DNA from: an uncultured Erysipelotrichaceae bacterium | GTDB taxonomy: Bacteria; Bacillota_I; Bacilli_A; RFN20; CAG-826 | Direction of reading: 5' to 3' | DNA: 64,000 nt | Assembly: GCA_902791935.1 (NCBI GenBank) | Contig: CADAXQ010000003.1 | Coordinates: 14,585-78,584 of the forward strand | Shown here: positions 1 to 9,290 of the stretch, piece by piece | Position numbering within the stretch: the stretch's first letter is position 1 | Layout of the letters: each line of letters starts with the position of its first letter | Translations under genes and position numbers: made by a program | The notes under the pieces: model-generated | What the model saw: the letters and a program-made list of their open reading frames with translations, nothing else | Database searches by the model: none | What the model was told of the DNA's origin: nothing

Positions 1-33
1 AAGTGCGGCAAAACGTGAAGAAGGAGGGCGAGG

Positions 34-1878
34 ATGGCGAATAAGAAAACACGTGCCGCCAAATATGCCGACATGCGGCAAGAAGAGACATTTCAGCATT
101 CGATTGTCCAGACGGTTCGTTATTTAAGCAAGTACATGCATGGGTATTGGAAAGATACCATCATTACTTGGTGTGCCGTATTAGTAGAATCCATCTGCGA
201 AGTCTTGGTCGTTTATTTCATGCAAGACCTCATTAACAGCGTGCAAAACCTTGGCACGACCACAACCATGAATTCCGTCTATCTTTATGCCGGAATTATG
301 GCCGCTTGCGCGTTAGTTGCCGTAGGCGCTGGCATTCTTGCCGGTATTTTTGCAGCCTCCGCATCGGCTGGTTTTGGTAAAAACCTTCGCGAAGCCATGT
401 TTATTCACATTCAAGACTACTCGTTCCGGAATATTGATAAGTTCTCGACGAGTTCGATTGTCACAAGAACCACCACGGATGTTACGAACGTTCAAAACGC
501 CGTCTTGATGATTATCCGCGCGGTCGTGCGTGCGCCATTCTTAATGATTATCTCATTAATCATGTGCTTCATCACCGACTGGAAATTAGCCTGGATTTTC
601 TTGATTATCATCCCGATTGTTTTGTTCGCCTTACTCGGATTAGCCAAGGTCGTTCACCCGTATTTCGTGAAAGTCTTTAACACCTATGATGACTTAAACG
701 AATCCGTGGAAGAGAACGTCGACGGCATCCGTGTCGTGAAAAGCTTTAACCGGGAAGAAGACCAAATCCGTCATTTTAACGGGGTATCCGACTTAATTTA
801 TCGCTGCTTCTTCCATGCCGAAAGCATCATTAACTTTAACTCCCCCGTCATGCAGGGTGCCGTCTATACGGCAGAACTTTTGATCGCCTATTTCGCGTCT
901 TACCAAATCGTCGGCCATCACCGCGTTTCTTATGATGGCTCTGCCATGAATGTCGGCAAATTATCTACCTTAATCACCTATGTCATGTTAATCATGATGT
1001 CGTTGATGTTGATTTCCATGGTTTACACGATGATCATTATCGGCCGGAATAGTTCCGAACGTATTGTGGAAATCTTAGAAGAGAAACCGGAAATCGTTTC
1101 TCCTGCGAATCCCATCAGGGAAGTGCCGAATGGAGAAGTGGATTTCGAAGATGTGAGTTATGCCTACGTCCAAGGAAAACCAGTGTTGAACCATATTAAT
1201 GTCAAGGTTCCTTCGGGTGCCACGATTGGTATCTTAGGTTCTACGGGTTCTTCCAAAACCACGTTGGTGTCCTTAATTGCGCGTCTCTATGACGTCACGG
1301 AAGGCAAAGTCTTAGTCGGTGGCCACGATGTACGCGATTATGACTTAAGGGTGTTACGCGATGCGGTTGCCGTCGTGCTTCAAAAGAACACCTTATTCAC
1401 TGGCACCATCCGCGATAACCTCAAATGGGGCAATGCGAACGCGACTGATGAAGAGATTATGAAGGCATGCGACGTGGCCCAAGTCACTCCGTTCTTAAAG
1501 GATATGCCCGATGGATTAGACACCAAGATCTCACAAGGGGGCACGAACGTATCGGGTGGCCAAAAACAACGGCTTTGTATCGCGCGTGCCTTATTAAAGA
1601 ATCCAAAGATCTTGATTTTGGATGACTCCACGAGTGCGTGCGATACCCACACAGATGCTTTAATTCGAGAGGGGTTACAACACGAACGCACCGACGTGAC
1701 GAAGTTCATCATTGCCCAACGGGTTTTGTCCGTTAAAGATTGCGATGAAATCTGGGTCATGAACGAGGGCAAGATTGTGAATCGTGGGAACTCCGAGACG
1801 TTACTCGAAACGTCACAAGTCTACCGCGAACTTTATGAATCCCAGTTGGGAGGAGGCGATTTCGATGCCAGCAAATAA
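34..1878 (+). CDS. ABC exporter subunit (TMD-NBD fusion) carrying the degenerate nucleotide-binding site
   Basis: Six-TM N-terminal half followed by an NBD. Walker A is GSTGSSKTT (Ser in place of the conserved Gly). The signature VSGGQKQR is intact. Walker B is ILILDDSTS (Asp replaces the catalytic Glu). The H-loop is IIAQRV (Gln replaces His). GAAGGAGGG RBS sits upstream of the ATG at 34. Confidence 0.85.
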   Translation: MANKKTRAAKYADMRQEETFQHSIVQTVRYLSKYMHGYWKDTIITWCAVLVESICEVLVVYFMQDLINSVQNLGTTTTMNSVYLYAGIMAACALVAVGAGILAGIFAASASAGFGKNLREAMFIHIQDYSFRNIDKFSTSSIVTRTTTDVTNVQNAVLMIIRAVVRAPFLMIISLIMCFITDWKLAWIFLIIIPIVLFALLGLAKVVHPYFVKVFNTYDDLNESVEENVDGIRVVKSFNREEDQIRHFNGVSDLIYRCFFHAESIINFNSPVMQGAVYTAELLIAYFASYQIVGHHRVSYDGSAMNVGKLSTLITYVMLIMMSLMLISMVYTMIIIGRNSSERIVEILEEKPEIVSPANPIREVPNGEVDFEDVSYAYVQGKPVLNHINVKVPSGATIGILGSTGSSKTTLVSLIARLYDVTEGKVLVGGHDVRDYDLRVLRDAVAVVLQKNTLFTGTIRDNLKWGNANATDEEIMKACDVAQVTPFLKDMPDGLDTKISQGGTNVSGGQKQRLCIARALLKNPKILILDDSTSACDTHTDALIREGLQHERTDVTKFIIAQRVLSVKDCDEIWVMNEGKIVNRGNSETLLETSQVYRELYESQLGGGDFDASK

Positions 1879-3874
1879 TAATGTGAATCGTGGCCGTGGC
1901 ATGACCGCACGTGCCCCCGTGTCGAAAAAAGCAAAACGCGGTGCCATCCGTCGTTTGGTGGGCTACGTTTTCCGTTACTACCCTGGCCAATTTGCCTTGG
2001 TTCTCCTTTGCGTGTTGCTGACTAGCGCCACTAGCGTCATCAGCGCTTATGCGATTGGGAACATCATCGTAAATGACTACATCACCCCATCGTTAAACGC
2101 AGGGATTAACTATATCGGCACTCCGAATGTGGATATCGCTGCCTCTACCTCTGGTTTTACGAATGGGTTGCCTTTCTGGGCTGCCATCGTCATCCTTGCT
2201 GGCATTTTCTTCGTCGGAATTGCCGCGAACTATTTCTACAACCTATTAATGTCTTATATCGGGCAAGGCGTGCAACGTCGTATCCGGGATGAGTTATTTG
2301 CCCATATGGAACAGTTGCCTGTTTCATATTTTGACCGTAGAGGCCGTGGCGATATCATGTCGGTTTATACAAACGACGTGGATGCCTTACGCGAAATGTT
2401 ATCCCGGGTCTTGCCGATGGTTGCCTCTTCGTTAGTCACCATGGTGGTCTGCTTGGTCTTCATGTTGATGAGCGATCTCGTTTTGACGGCGATTGTCCTT
2501 GGTTTTGGCATCGTCATCTTCTTGTTGACCCGTTATTTCTCCAAGATGTCGTCTCATTACTTCATTGAGCAACAAATTGAGTTAGGCAAGATGGATTCCT
2601 ACATCGAAGAAATGACTTCTGGTCAAAGAGTCGTCAAGGTCTTTAACTATGAGGAACGGAATATTGAAGGGTTTAAACAACATAACGATACCTTCTTCAA
2701 AGATTCTGTGAAGGCGAACCGTTTCGCGAACATCTTAATGCCGACGGTGAACCAGTTAGGGAACATCCAGTATGCCTTATTGGCATTGGTCGGTTCCTTA
2801 TTCATCGCGAATGGTTGGACGAGTTATTACTTAGTGGGGTCGCGTGTTTATAGCGTCGCCGCGATTGGGATCATCATCTCTTTCTTGATGTATTCCAAGA
2901 CGTTTGTGCAGCCGATTGGCCAAGTCTCTCAACAACTAAATGCGTTTGCCTTAGCGATTGCAGGTGCTGCCCGTATCTTCGCGATGATGGACGAACCAAC
3001 CGAAGTCGATGAAGGTTACGTGGAACTCTGTAACGCCAAAGAAGGACCGGATGGGAATCCGGTGGAATGCAAGGAACGCACCGGTCGCTGGGCTTGGAAG
3101 CATCCACATCATGATGGTTCTCCGACAACGTATCGTTGGTTACAAGGCGAAGTAACCTTTGATCACGTGGATTTCGCCTATATTCCTGGGAAAACCGTCT
3201 TACATGACATTACGTTGTACGCTGAACCGGGACAAAAAGTTGCCTTTGTTGGCCCCACGGGCGCTGGAAAGACAACCATTACGAACTTAATTAACCGTTT
3301 CTATGATATTGAAGATGGCAAAGTCCGTTATGACGGCATCAACATCAATAAGATTAAGAAAAAGGACTTACGTCATTCGCTAGGTATTGTCTTACAAGAT
3401 ACCCGTCTATTCACCGACACCATCAAAGAGAACATCCGTTTCGGAAATCCCGATGCGACAGATGAACAAGTCGTAGCGGCAGCAAAATTAGCGAATGCGG
3501 ATTATTTCATTGAGCATTTGCCACAAGGTTATGACACCGTCTTATCCAATGCCGGGGCATCGTTATCGCAAGGGCAAAGACAGTTGCTCGCGATTGCGCG
3601 TGCTGCCGTAGCCGATCCGCCCGTCATGATTCTCGATGAAGCCACAAGCTCCATTGACTCACGGACAGAAGCCTTAGTCCAAGAAGGCATGGACCGCTTA
3701 ATGAAGGGGCGTACGGTCTTTGTCATTGCGCACCGTTTGTCGACCGTTCAAAATGCCGACGTCATCATGGTCATTGATGGAGGACGCATCATTGAACGTG
3801 GTTCTCATGAAGAACTATTGGCCAAGAAAGGCAAATATTATCAACTTTATACAGGAAATAGCATTGCTTTCTAG
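1865..3874 (+). CDS. ABC exporter subunit (TMD-NBD fusion) carrying the consensus site; partner of 34..1878
   Basis: Start moved to ATG 1865 (MPANNN...), which has a GGGAGGAGG RBS and a 14-nt overlap with the upstream stop. Walker A GPTGAGKTT, Walker B ILDEATSS (Glu present) and H-loop IAHRLST are all canonical. The signature is deviant (LSQGQRQ). A ~45-aa Cys/His-containing insertion lies between TMD and NBD. Confidence 0.85.
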   Translation: MPANNNVNRGRGMTARAPVSKKAKRGAIRRLVGYVFRYYPGQFALVLLCVLLTSATSVISAYAIGNIIVNDYITPSLNAGINYIGTPNVDIAASTSGFTNGLPFWAAIVILAGIFFVGIAANYFYNLLMSYIGQGVQRRIRDELFAHMEQLPVSYFDRRGRGDIMSVYTNDVDALREMLSRVLPMVASSLVTMVVCLVFMLMSDLVLTAIVLGFGIVIFLLTRYFSKMSSHYFIEQQIELGKMDSYIEEMTSGQRVVKVFNYEERNIEGFKQHNDTFFKDSVKANRFANILMPTVNQLGNIQYALLALVGSLFIANGWTSYYLVGSRVYSVAAIGIIISFLMYSKTFVQPIGQVSQQLNAFALAIAGAARIFAMMDEPTEVDEGYVELCNAKEGPDGNPVECKERTGRWAWKHPHHDGSPTTYRWLQGEVTFDHVDFAYIPGKTVLHDITLYAEPGQKVAFVGPTGAGKTTITNLINRFYDIEDGKVRYDGININKIKKKDLRHSLGIVLQDTRLFTDTIKENIRFGNPDATDEQVVAAAKLANADYFIEHLPQGYDTVLSNAGASLSQGQRQLLAIARAAVADPPVMILDEATSSIDSRTEALVQEGMDRLMKGRTVFVIAHRLSTVQNADVIMVIDGGRIIERGSHEELLAKKGKYYQLYTGNSIAF

Positions 3875-3942
3875 GAGTAATGGTGTCTCTTTGTATCATT
3901 TCAGGGTAAACTATCCCTGCAGAGTAGAAGAGGATTTTTACG

Positions 3943-5433
3943 ATGGATGAGAAATTAACCGATCAGGAAGAAGCGCGTCGTGCGAAGCTTCCCAAATACA
4001 AAGCATTAGGCGTGGATCCGTTTGGCCAACGTTATGACTGGAAAGACCAAATTCGGGATTTACGGGCTAAATATGGCGAGACGAGCGCCGAAGAACTTTC
4101 CGCGAACCCCGTAAAGGCTAAGATTGCGGGCCGTATCATGTCGATTCGTGACATGGGCAAAGCCGCATTCTTTAACGTCAAAGACGAATATGGCACCATC
4201 CAAGTTTGGATTGGCAAAAACAAAGCGTTAGCCGAAGATAAGAACTTCGAAGTCTTCAAACTCGAAGATATCGGGGATATCTGCGGCGTGGAAGGCACGT
4301 TGATGAAGTCCCGCACGGGAGAATTAACCATCCGTTGCTCGGTGTTCACTCACCTTTCAAAGGCATTAAAACCACTCCCAGAGAAGTTCCATGGTTTAAC
4401 GGACTTAGAAGAACGTTGCCGCCGTCGTTATGTCGACTTGATTGTGAATGACGACAGCCGTCGTACGGCGTTGCTTCGCCCGGCGATCATCAAAGAGATC
4501 CGTCGGTACTGCGATGACCTTGGCTTCACTGAAGTTGAGACTCCGATTTTGAATCCGATTGCCGGCGGTGCGTCCGCCCGTCCGTTTATCACGCATCATA
4601 ACGCGTTAGACAAAGATTTCTATCTTCGTATCGCGACAGAGTTAAACCTCAAGAAGTGCATGATTGGCGGCATTGACCGCGTTTATGAGATTGGCCGTAT
4701 CTTCCGGAATGAAGGGATGGACAATCGTCATAACCCTGAATTCACGACGATTGAGCTTTATCAAGCCTATGGCGATTTACGGAGCATGATGGATTGGGCC
4801 GAAGGCTTATTCCATAGCATCGCAAAACGCGTGGTAGGCAAAGACCAATACGAATGGAATGGCAACACGATTGACTTAGATAAGCCATTTGCCGTCAAGA
4901 CGATGGCCGAAGCCGTTAAAGAAAAGACTGGCATTGACTTCACGGAAGACATTCCATTTGAAAAAGCCGTGGAACTCGCGAAAGAACACCATGTTCCATT
5001 AGAGCAATCGTGGAATAGCACCGGTTATATCATGCAGGCGTTCTTCGATGAATTCGTCGAACCGACCTTGATTCAACCGACATTCATTACCACCTATCCA
5101 ATCGAAGTATCTCCGTTAACGAAGAAGACGGCAGATCCTAGATTTGTTGACCGGTTTGAACTCTTCATCGGCGGCATTGAATTCGGGAATGCCTATTCCG
5201 AACTCAATAACCCCTTTGATCAGATGGAACGGTTCCAAGCCCAACTCGCGGCGAGAAATCGTGGCGATGATGAAGCGAATGAGATTGATTATTCCTTCAT
5301 GGATGCGATGGAATACGGCATGCAACCCGCCGGCGGCATTGGCGTTGGTATTGATCGTCTTTGCATGTTCTTCTGCGAAGAACCAACCATCCGGGAAGTC
5401 TTGTTGTTCCCGACGATGAAAGACGAGAAATAA
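3943..5433 (+). CDS. lysS: lysyl-tRNA synthetase, class II
   Basis: 496 aa. N-terminal OB anticodon-binding domain. Class II motifs FRNEG (motif 2) and GGIGVGIDRL (motif 3). Full-length similarity to bacterial LysS. Confidence 0.95.
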   Translation: MDEKLTDQEEARRAKLPKYKALGVDPFGQRYDWKDQIRDLRAKYGETSAEELSANPVKAKIAGRIMSIRDMGKAAFFNVKDEYGTIQVWIGKNKALAEDKNFEVFKLEDIGDICGVEGTLMKSRTGELTIRCSVFTHLSKALKPLPEKFHGLTDLEERCRRRYVDLIVNDDSRRTALLRPAIIKEIRRYCDDLGFTEVETPILNPIAGGASARPFITHHNALDKDFYLRIATELNLKKCMIGGIDRVYEIGRIFRNEGMDNRHNPEFTTIELYQAYGDLRSMMDWAEGLFHSIAKRVVGKDQYEWNGNTIDLDKPFAVKTMAEAVKEKTGIDFTEDIPFEKAVELAKEHHVPLEQSWNSTGYIMQAFFDEFVEPTLIQPTFITTYPIEVSPLTKKTADPRFVDRFELFIGGIEFGNAYSELNNPFDQMERFQAQLAARNRGDDEANEIDYSFMDAMEYGMQPAGGIGVGIDRLCMFFCEEPTIREVLLFPTMKDEK

Positions 5434-5454
5434 ATCTCATTAACAAAGAAATGA

Positions 5455-5484
5455 CCCAACCTAGCAAAACAGGTTGGGTTTTTC
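5455..5484 (+). terminator. rho-independent terminator after lysS
   Basis: CCCAACCT-loop-AGGTTGGG stem followed by TTTTTC. Confidence 0.6.
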
Positions 5485-5645
5485 ATTACGGGATAAAAAT
5501 AGGCGGGAAATATACGGAAATTAGAGGAGGAGAAGCAGGCAAAGATTGCATGTTATAAAAGAAAACTAGACTTTGCTGCGATGTCAAAGTTAACCTACAA
5601 GTAGGGAAATCCCTACTTTTAAAGATTGAGAAAGAGGTACTCGAT

Positions 5646-5915
5646 ATGGCAGCCAAAACGTTTATCGAAAACGCCAAAGTTATGGCAAAGGGACAAGTTA
5701 CCATTCCCAAAGACGTCCGGGAGGCGCTAGGCGTTACCAATGGCGACCATGTCACGTTTATTGTGGAAGGAAACGTGGTCTGTATGGCGAATTCTTCTGT
5801 TTTTGCCATGCAAGCATTACAAAAAGAAATGGAAGGAGCAGGGGAGGACACTGGCTTATCTTCGGACGAGGATGTTATGGCTGCCGTGAAAGAACTACGA
5901 AACAAAGAAATGTGA
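5646..5915 (+). CDS. SpoVT/AbrB (MazE-like swapped-hairpin) DNA-binding protein
   Basis: 89 aa. N-terminal AKGQVTIPKDVREALGV matches the SpoVT_AbrB domain core. The acidic C-tail is antitoxin-like. No toxin partner lies adjacent. Confidence 0.55.
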   Translation: MAAKTFIENAKVMAKGQVTIPKDVREALGVTNGDHVTFIVEGNVVCMANSSVFAMQALQKEMEGAGEDTGLSSDEDVMAAVKELRNKEM

Positions 5916-6185
5916 TCGTTTTGTTTGGCGTCGTTTGAACTTATACAAAATGCCAAACCACTCATTGCTAACTGTCTGCTCATAGGCTAAATTTTTGGCA
6001 CCTCGTGAAAGCATTAATGCTTTTGTAAGGACTGCATCGAAAGATTGGGCCCCATTTTTGTTTTAAATTGCGATTGATTTTGAAAACATCGCGTTTGGAA
6101 ATCTTGCATTGTTTCAGTTGTGATTTTGCTACAGGAATAATATTATAAATATGAAATATTAAATTTCAAAAATGTGAGATAAGCA

Positions 6186-6803
6186 ATGATATACGACTAT
6201 ATCGTTAAAAAATACAAAAATGGTGAGCCAATATTTCTAAGCGAGCTTCCAGGAGAATCCAAGGATTACCTTAGGCAAGAGATGAAGAAGCTTGTGGATG
6301 AAGGAAAGCTGGAACGTCTACAAAACGGTGTTTATTTTCTTCCATACACAACGATACTCGGCACGAAAGGCAAAATATCTATCGATAAATATATTGAAAA
6401 GAAATACCTGAAAGCAGAGGGAAAGATTGTTGGCTATATCACGGGGCTTCAATTAGCGAATCATTATGGATTCACAACGCAGAACCCTTCTTGTTACGAA
6501 GTCTGCAGCAACGAAGCCACTACCAAACAACGTAAGCAAAAGATTGATGGGAACACAATTATTGTTTACAAGCCGGTGACTGTGATTACGAATCAAAACA
6601 AGACTGCATTGCAATTCCTGGATTTGATGTCTACGTTAGATCAATATAGCGAAATCACCGGGGAAGAACTCTTAGAGAAGCTAAGAAAATACATAGATCA
6701 ACTCAAATTGGATTTTGACCAGGTTAAGAAATACCTTCCGTTATATCCCGACCACGTTTACAAAAATATCTATCAAGGGTGTCTGATGAATGAGTTGGTA
6801 TAA
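6186..6803 (+). CDS. AbiEi-family antitoxin / transcriptional regulator (type IV TA, abortive infection)
   Basis: 205 aa. N-terminal wHTH with LERLQNGVYFL (the GvY hallmark of the AbiEi N-domain). Overlaps the downstream AbiEii gene by 14 nt. Confidence 0.6.
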   Translation: MIYDYIVKKYKNGEPIFLSELPGESKDYLRQEMKKLVDEGKLERLQNGVYFLPYTTILGTKGKISIDKYIEKKYLKAEGKIVGYITGLQLANHYGFTTQNPSCYEVCSNEATTKQRKQKIDGNTIIVYKPVTVITNQNKTALQFLDLMSTLDQYSEITGEELLEKLRKYIDQLKLDFDQVKKYLPLYPDHVYKNIYQGCLMNELV

Positions 6804-7710
6804 AGAATATAAGAGTCAGTGGAAAGAGGTTATTGCAGCAGTTGCCGCTGAAGAGCATCGATCAACACAAATGGTGGAGAAAGACACAATTCAGTCCATG
6901 ATTCTTTTAGGGCTATCCAGATCTGAGCTGCCTTTTGTTTTCAAAGGCGGAACTTCACTTTCAAAGGACTATGGTTTGATAGACCGTTTTTCAGAAGACA
7001 TAGACCTATCGATGGATCGGAAGCCAACAGAGTCGGAAAAAAGAAAGGCAAAGACGATTATTTGCAAAATTGCTAACGATTTGGGACTGGTTCTTACAAA
7101 TCCCAATGAAATCCAATCTAGACATAGTTACAACAAATACGTATTTGAATATGAATCGTTGTTTAGCGACATTCCGCTCGGACTAATTATTGAAACCAGT
7201 TTTTATCAGACATCATATCCGGTAGAGTTTCGTGCGATCGGTGGCTTTGTCGGAAAATTTTGTAAAAATCGAGGCATTGAACTACCCGTGCCATTCGAGG
7301 CGTCGTTCGTAAAAATGCGAGTTCAGACTTTGGAGCGCACTTTTATTGATAAAGTCTTTGCTGTATGTGACTATCGGCTTCAGAACATGCAAGAACGAGA
7401 CTCAAGACATCTTTATGACATAGCGAAACTGTTACCTGCGATTCACATCACGTCTGAGCTGGATGCGTTAATTGATGACGTCAGAGATGACAGGAGAAAA
7501 TCAAAAAATAACCCTTCTGCACAACTGAATCACGACATACCAAAGATGTTGAAAGAAATCATCGACAGTCATTTCTATGAATCTGATTACAATAACGTCA
7601 CTAAGAAACTTTTGTATGAAGATGTTAGCTATGAAGAAGCCATTGGTAATGGTATTGCAAAAGTGGCTGACATGGATATTTTCGAGTATAAAAAGATATT
7701 GACGGAATAG
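6790..7710 (+). CDS. AbiEii/AbiGii-family nucleotidyltransferase toxin (DUF1814)
   Basis: 306 aa. FKGGTSLSKDYGLIDRFSEDIDLS matches the AbiEii NTase motif (hGG[ST]...RxSxDhD). Size and operon arrangement are typical. Confidence 0.75.
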   Translation: MSWYKEYKSQWKEVIAAVAAEEHRSTQMVEKDTIQSMILLGLSRSELPFVFKGGTSLSKDYGLIDRFSEDIDLSMDRKPTESEKRKAKTIICKIANDLGLVLTNPNEIQSRHSYNKYVFEYESLFSDIPLGLIIETSFYQTSYPVEFRAIGGFVGKFCKNRGIELPVPFEASFVKMRVQTLERTFIDKVFAVCDYRLQNMQERDSRHLYDIAKLLPAIHITSELDALIDDVRDDRRKSKNNPSAQLNHDIPKMLKEIIDSHFYESDYNNVTKKLLYEDVSYEEAIGNGIAKVADMDIFEYKKILTE

Positions 7711-8045
7711 AGATTGTGGTGAATGAAGGAAAAATAGACGGGACGCATATAAAAGCAAAACCGTGGATGGTGCCGACGTATAGTAAAGAAGAGATTTCCA
7801 GGCTTGCAAAGCAAAATGGTTTTTAAAGAACACGCATGAAAAAGTTTATCGCCTGATTAAAATTATCAATGATTTTCAGTTTTTTATAGAATTATTTTAA
7901 CTATGGCAAAAAGATTTTTTGGCGGGTAGTATTTTTTGTCCTTTTCTTTCTTATCGTGTCTATGAATAATTGAAGAAAAGGAAATCCATGGTTCCTCTCT
8001 TTCCCGTTTCTGTTGCGACAAGAAACGCGCTTTCGAAAACCTGAA

Positions 8046-8074
8046 TTGATAGGCTCTTCTTTCTCATGTATAAT
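8046..8074 (+). promoter_or_regulatory. sigma-A type promoter for the rpsF-ssb-rpsR operon
   Basis: TTGATA, 17 nt, TATAAT. About 95-nt leader before rpsF. Confidence 0.5.
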
Positions 8075-8168
8075 ATCGAATGCTTCTTTGTAGAAGGAAA
8101 AGAAGCCACATACTCTTATGGTCACACTTGATGTGATCCATTAGACCGAAATTAGGAGGTGCTGAGTC

Positions 8169-8453
8169 ATGAAAAAGTACGAGATCATGTACATCTTAAA
8201 CGCTTCGTTAGAAGAACAAGCGCGTAAAGATGAGATCGCCAAACTTCAAGGTATTCTCGAAAGCGTCAAAGCCAAAGTCACGAATACGCAAGAGTGGGGC
8301 GTGAAAGATTTCGCCGCGCCGATCAAAAAGCAAACGAAAGGCTACTACGTTATCCTCAAAGTGAGCACGAACGATAGCCTCAATGAGTTTGTCCGGCAAG
8401 CGAAACTCGATCAAAACGTCATCCGGTTCTTGATTACGACAGACCAAGACTAA
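8169..8453 (+). CDS. rpsF: 30S ribosomal protein S6
   Basis: 94 aa. MKKYEIMYIL... shows full similarity to bS6. AGGAGG RBS. Confidence 0.95.
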   Translation: MKKYEIMYILNASLEEQARKDEIAKLQGILESVKAKVTNTQEWGVKDFAAPIKKQTKGYYVILKVSTNDSLNEFVRQAKLDQNVIRFLITTDQD

Positions 8454-8489
8454 GTCGCATTATAATCGACAATTGGAGGGTCGTTTCTT

Positions 8490-8936
8490 ATGTTAAATTG
8501 TGTCATTCTTGTTGGCCGTCTTACCCGTGATCCCGAATTACGGCGGACGACATCGGGCCTCTCAGTCGCGTCCTTCTCGCTGGCTGTGGATGATTCCCGT
8601 AAAAATGCTGATGGTTCGAAAAACACGTTGTTCATGAATTGTTCTTTATTCGGACAACGCGCCGACACCTTAGCGAAATACGCTCGTAAAGGTTCTTTGA
8701 TTTCTGTCCAAGGCCGTTTACAACAACGCAAATACACCAACAAAGCCGGGGTGCAAGTCACCACGATTGACACGATTGTGGAAAACTTTGAGTTCATTGA
8801 CACCAAATCGAACGCGAATGGGGCTCAACCCGAAGGTGATGCCGCTCCGCGTCCCGCCGCTGCTCCGCAACAACCGGAAAGCGATGGTGGTAATTTGGAT
8901 GCCGTGGATGTCGTGGATGACGATCTTCCGTTCTAA
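8490..8936 (+). CDS. ssb: single-stranded DNA-binding protein
   Basis: OB fold (VILVGRLTRDPELR), Gly/Pro/Gln-rich linker, acidic C-terminal tip DDDLPF. Confidence 0.95.
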   Translation: MLNCVILVGRLTRDPELRRTTSGLSVASFSLAVDDSRKNADGSKNTLFMNCSLFGQRADTLAKYARKGSLISVQGRLQQRKYTNKAGVQVTTIDTIVENFEFIDTKSNANGAQPEGDAAPRPAAAPQQPESDGGNLDAVDVVDDDLPF

Positions 8937-8960
8937 CCAAAACGAGAAAGGAATTGAATT

Positions 8961-9191
8961 ATGGCATTTCGCAAAATGGGTTCCAGACGCAAAGTCTGCT
9001 ACTTCACCAAAAACCACATCAAATATGTGGACTATAAGAACGTTGAATTGCTTCAACGCTTCGTCATGCCCGATGGCAAAATCATGCCACGCAGCGTGAC
9101 TGGAACGTCCGCCAAATATCAACGTCAATTGGCCAAAGCTGTGAAGAACGCTCGCTACATGGGCTTACTTCCAGATGTTGGACAAAACTAA
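8961..9191 (+). CDS. rpsR: 30S ribosomal protein S18
   Basis: 76 aa. [10 protein letters not shown]...[20 protein letters not shown] is a classic bS18. Confidence 0.95.
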   Translation: MAFRKMGSRRKVCYFTKNHIKYVDYKNVELLQRFVMPDGKIMPRSVTGTSAKYQRQLAKAVKNARYMGLLPDVGQN

Positions 9192-9204
9192 ATCCTGGTG
9201 ATGA

Positions 9205-9239
9205 ATCCCCGTGGAAAAACACGGGGATTTTTTGTTTTT
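9205..9239 (+). terminator. rho-independent terminator after rpsR
   Basis: ATCCCCGTG-GAAAAAC-ACGGGGAT stem-loop followed by TTTTTTGTTTTT. Confidence 0.65.
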
Positions 9240-9290
9240 CACTGTCCTATCTTATCGCTGGCTGGCTATAATTAATCGAGAGGTAGTGTT

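Larger units (their letters stand above)
5560..8040. other. AT-rich accessory island inserted between lysS and rpsF
   Basis: Composition looks lower in GC than the flanking housekeeping genes (by eye, not computed). It carries an AbrB-like small protein and an AbiEi/AbiEii pair, with long non-coding AT-rich spacers. Confidence 0.4.

Noticed and set aside
1784-1864. Upstream extension of the second ABC subunit (ORF track start 1784)
   Set aside because: It would overlap the first subunit by ~95 nt. ATG 1865 has a strong GGGAGGAGG RBS and the usual short ATG...TAA overlap.
5486-5983. 165-aa minus-strand ORF
   Set aside because: Antisense to the AbrB-like gene and to the lysS terminator. Low-complexity S/T-rich translation with no RBS. 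Likely spurious.
7715-7826. 36-codon GTG-initiated ORF after AbiEii (VVNEGKIDGTHIKAKPWMVPTYSKEEISRLAKQNGF)
   Set aside because: Too short and without RBS or homology evidence. Noted only because small accessory ORFs are common in Abi islets.
8718-9128. 136-aa minus-strand ORF across ssb and rpsR
   Set aside because: Antisense to two highly conserved genes. Artefact of codon bias.
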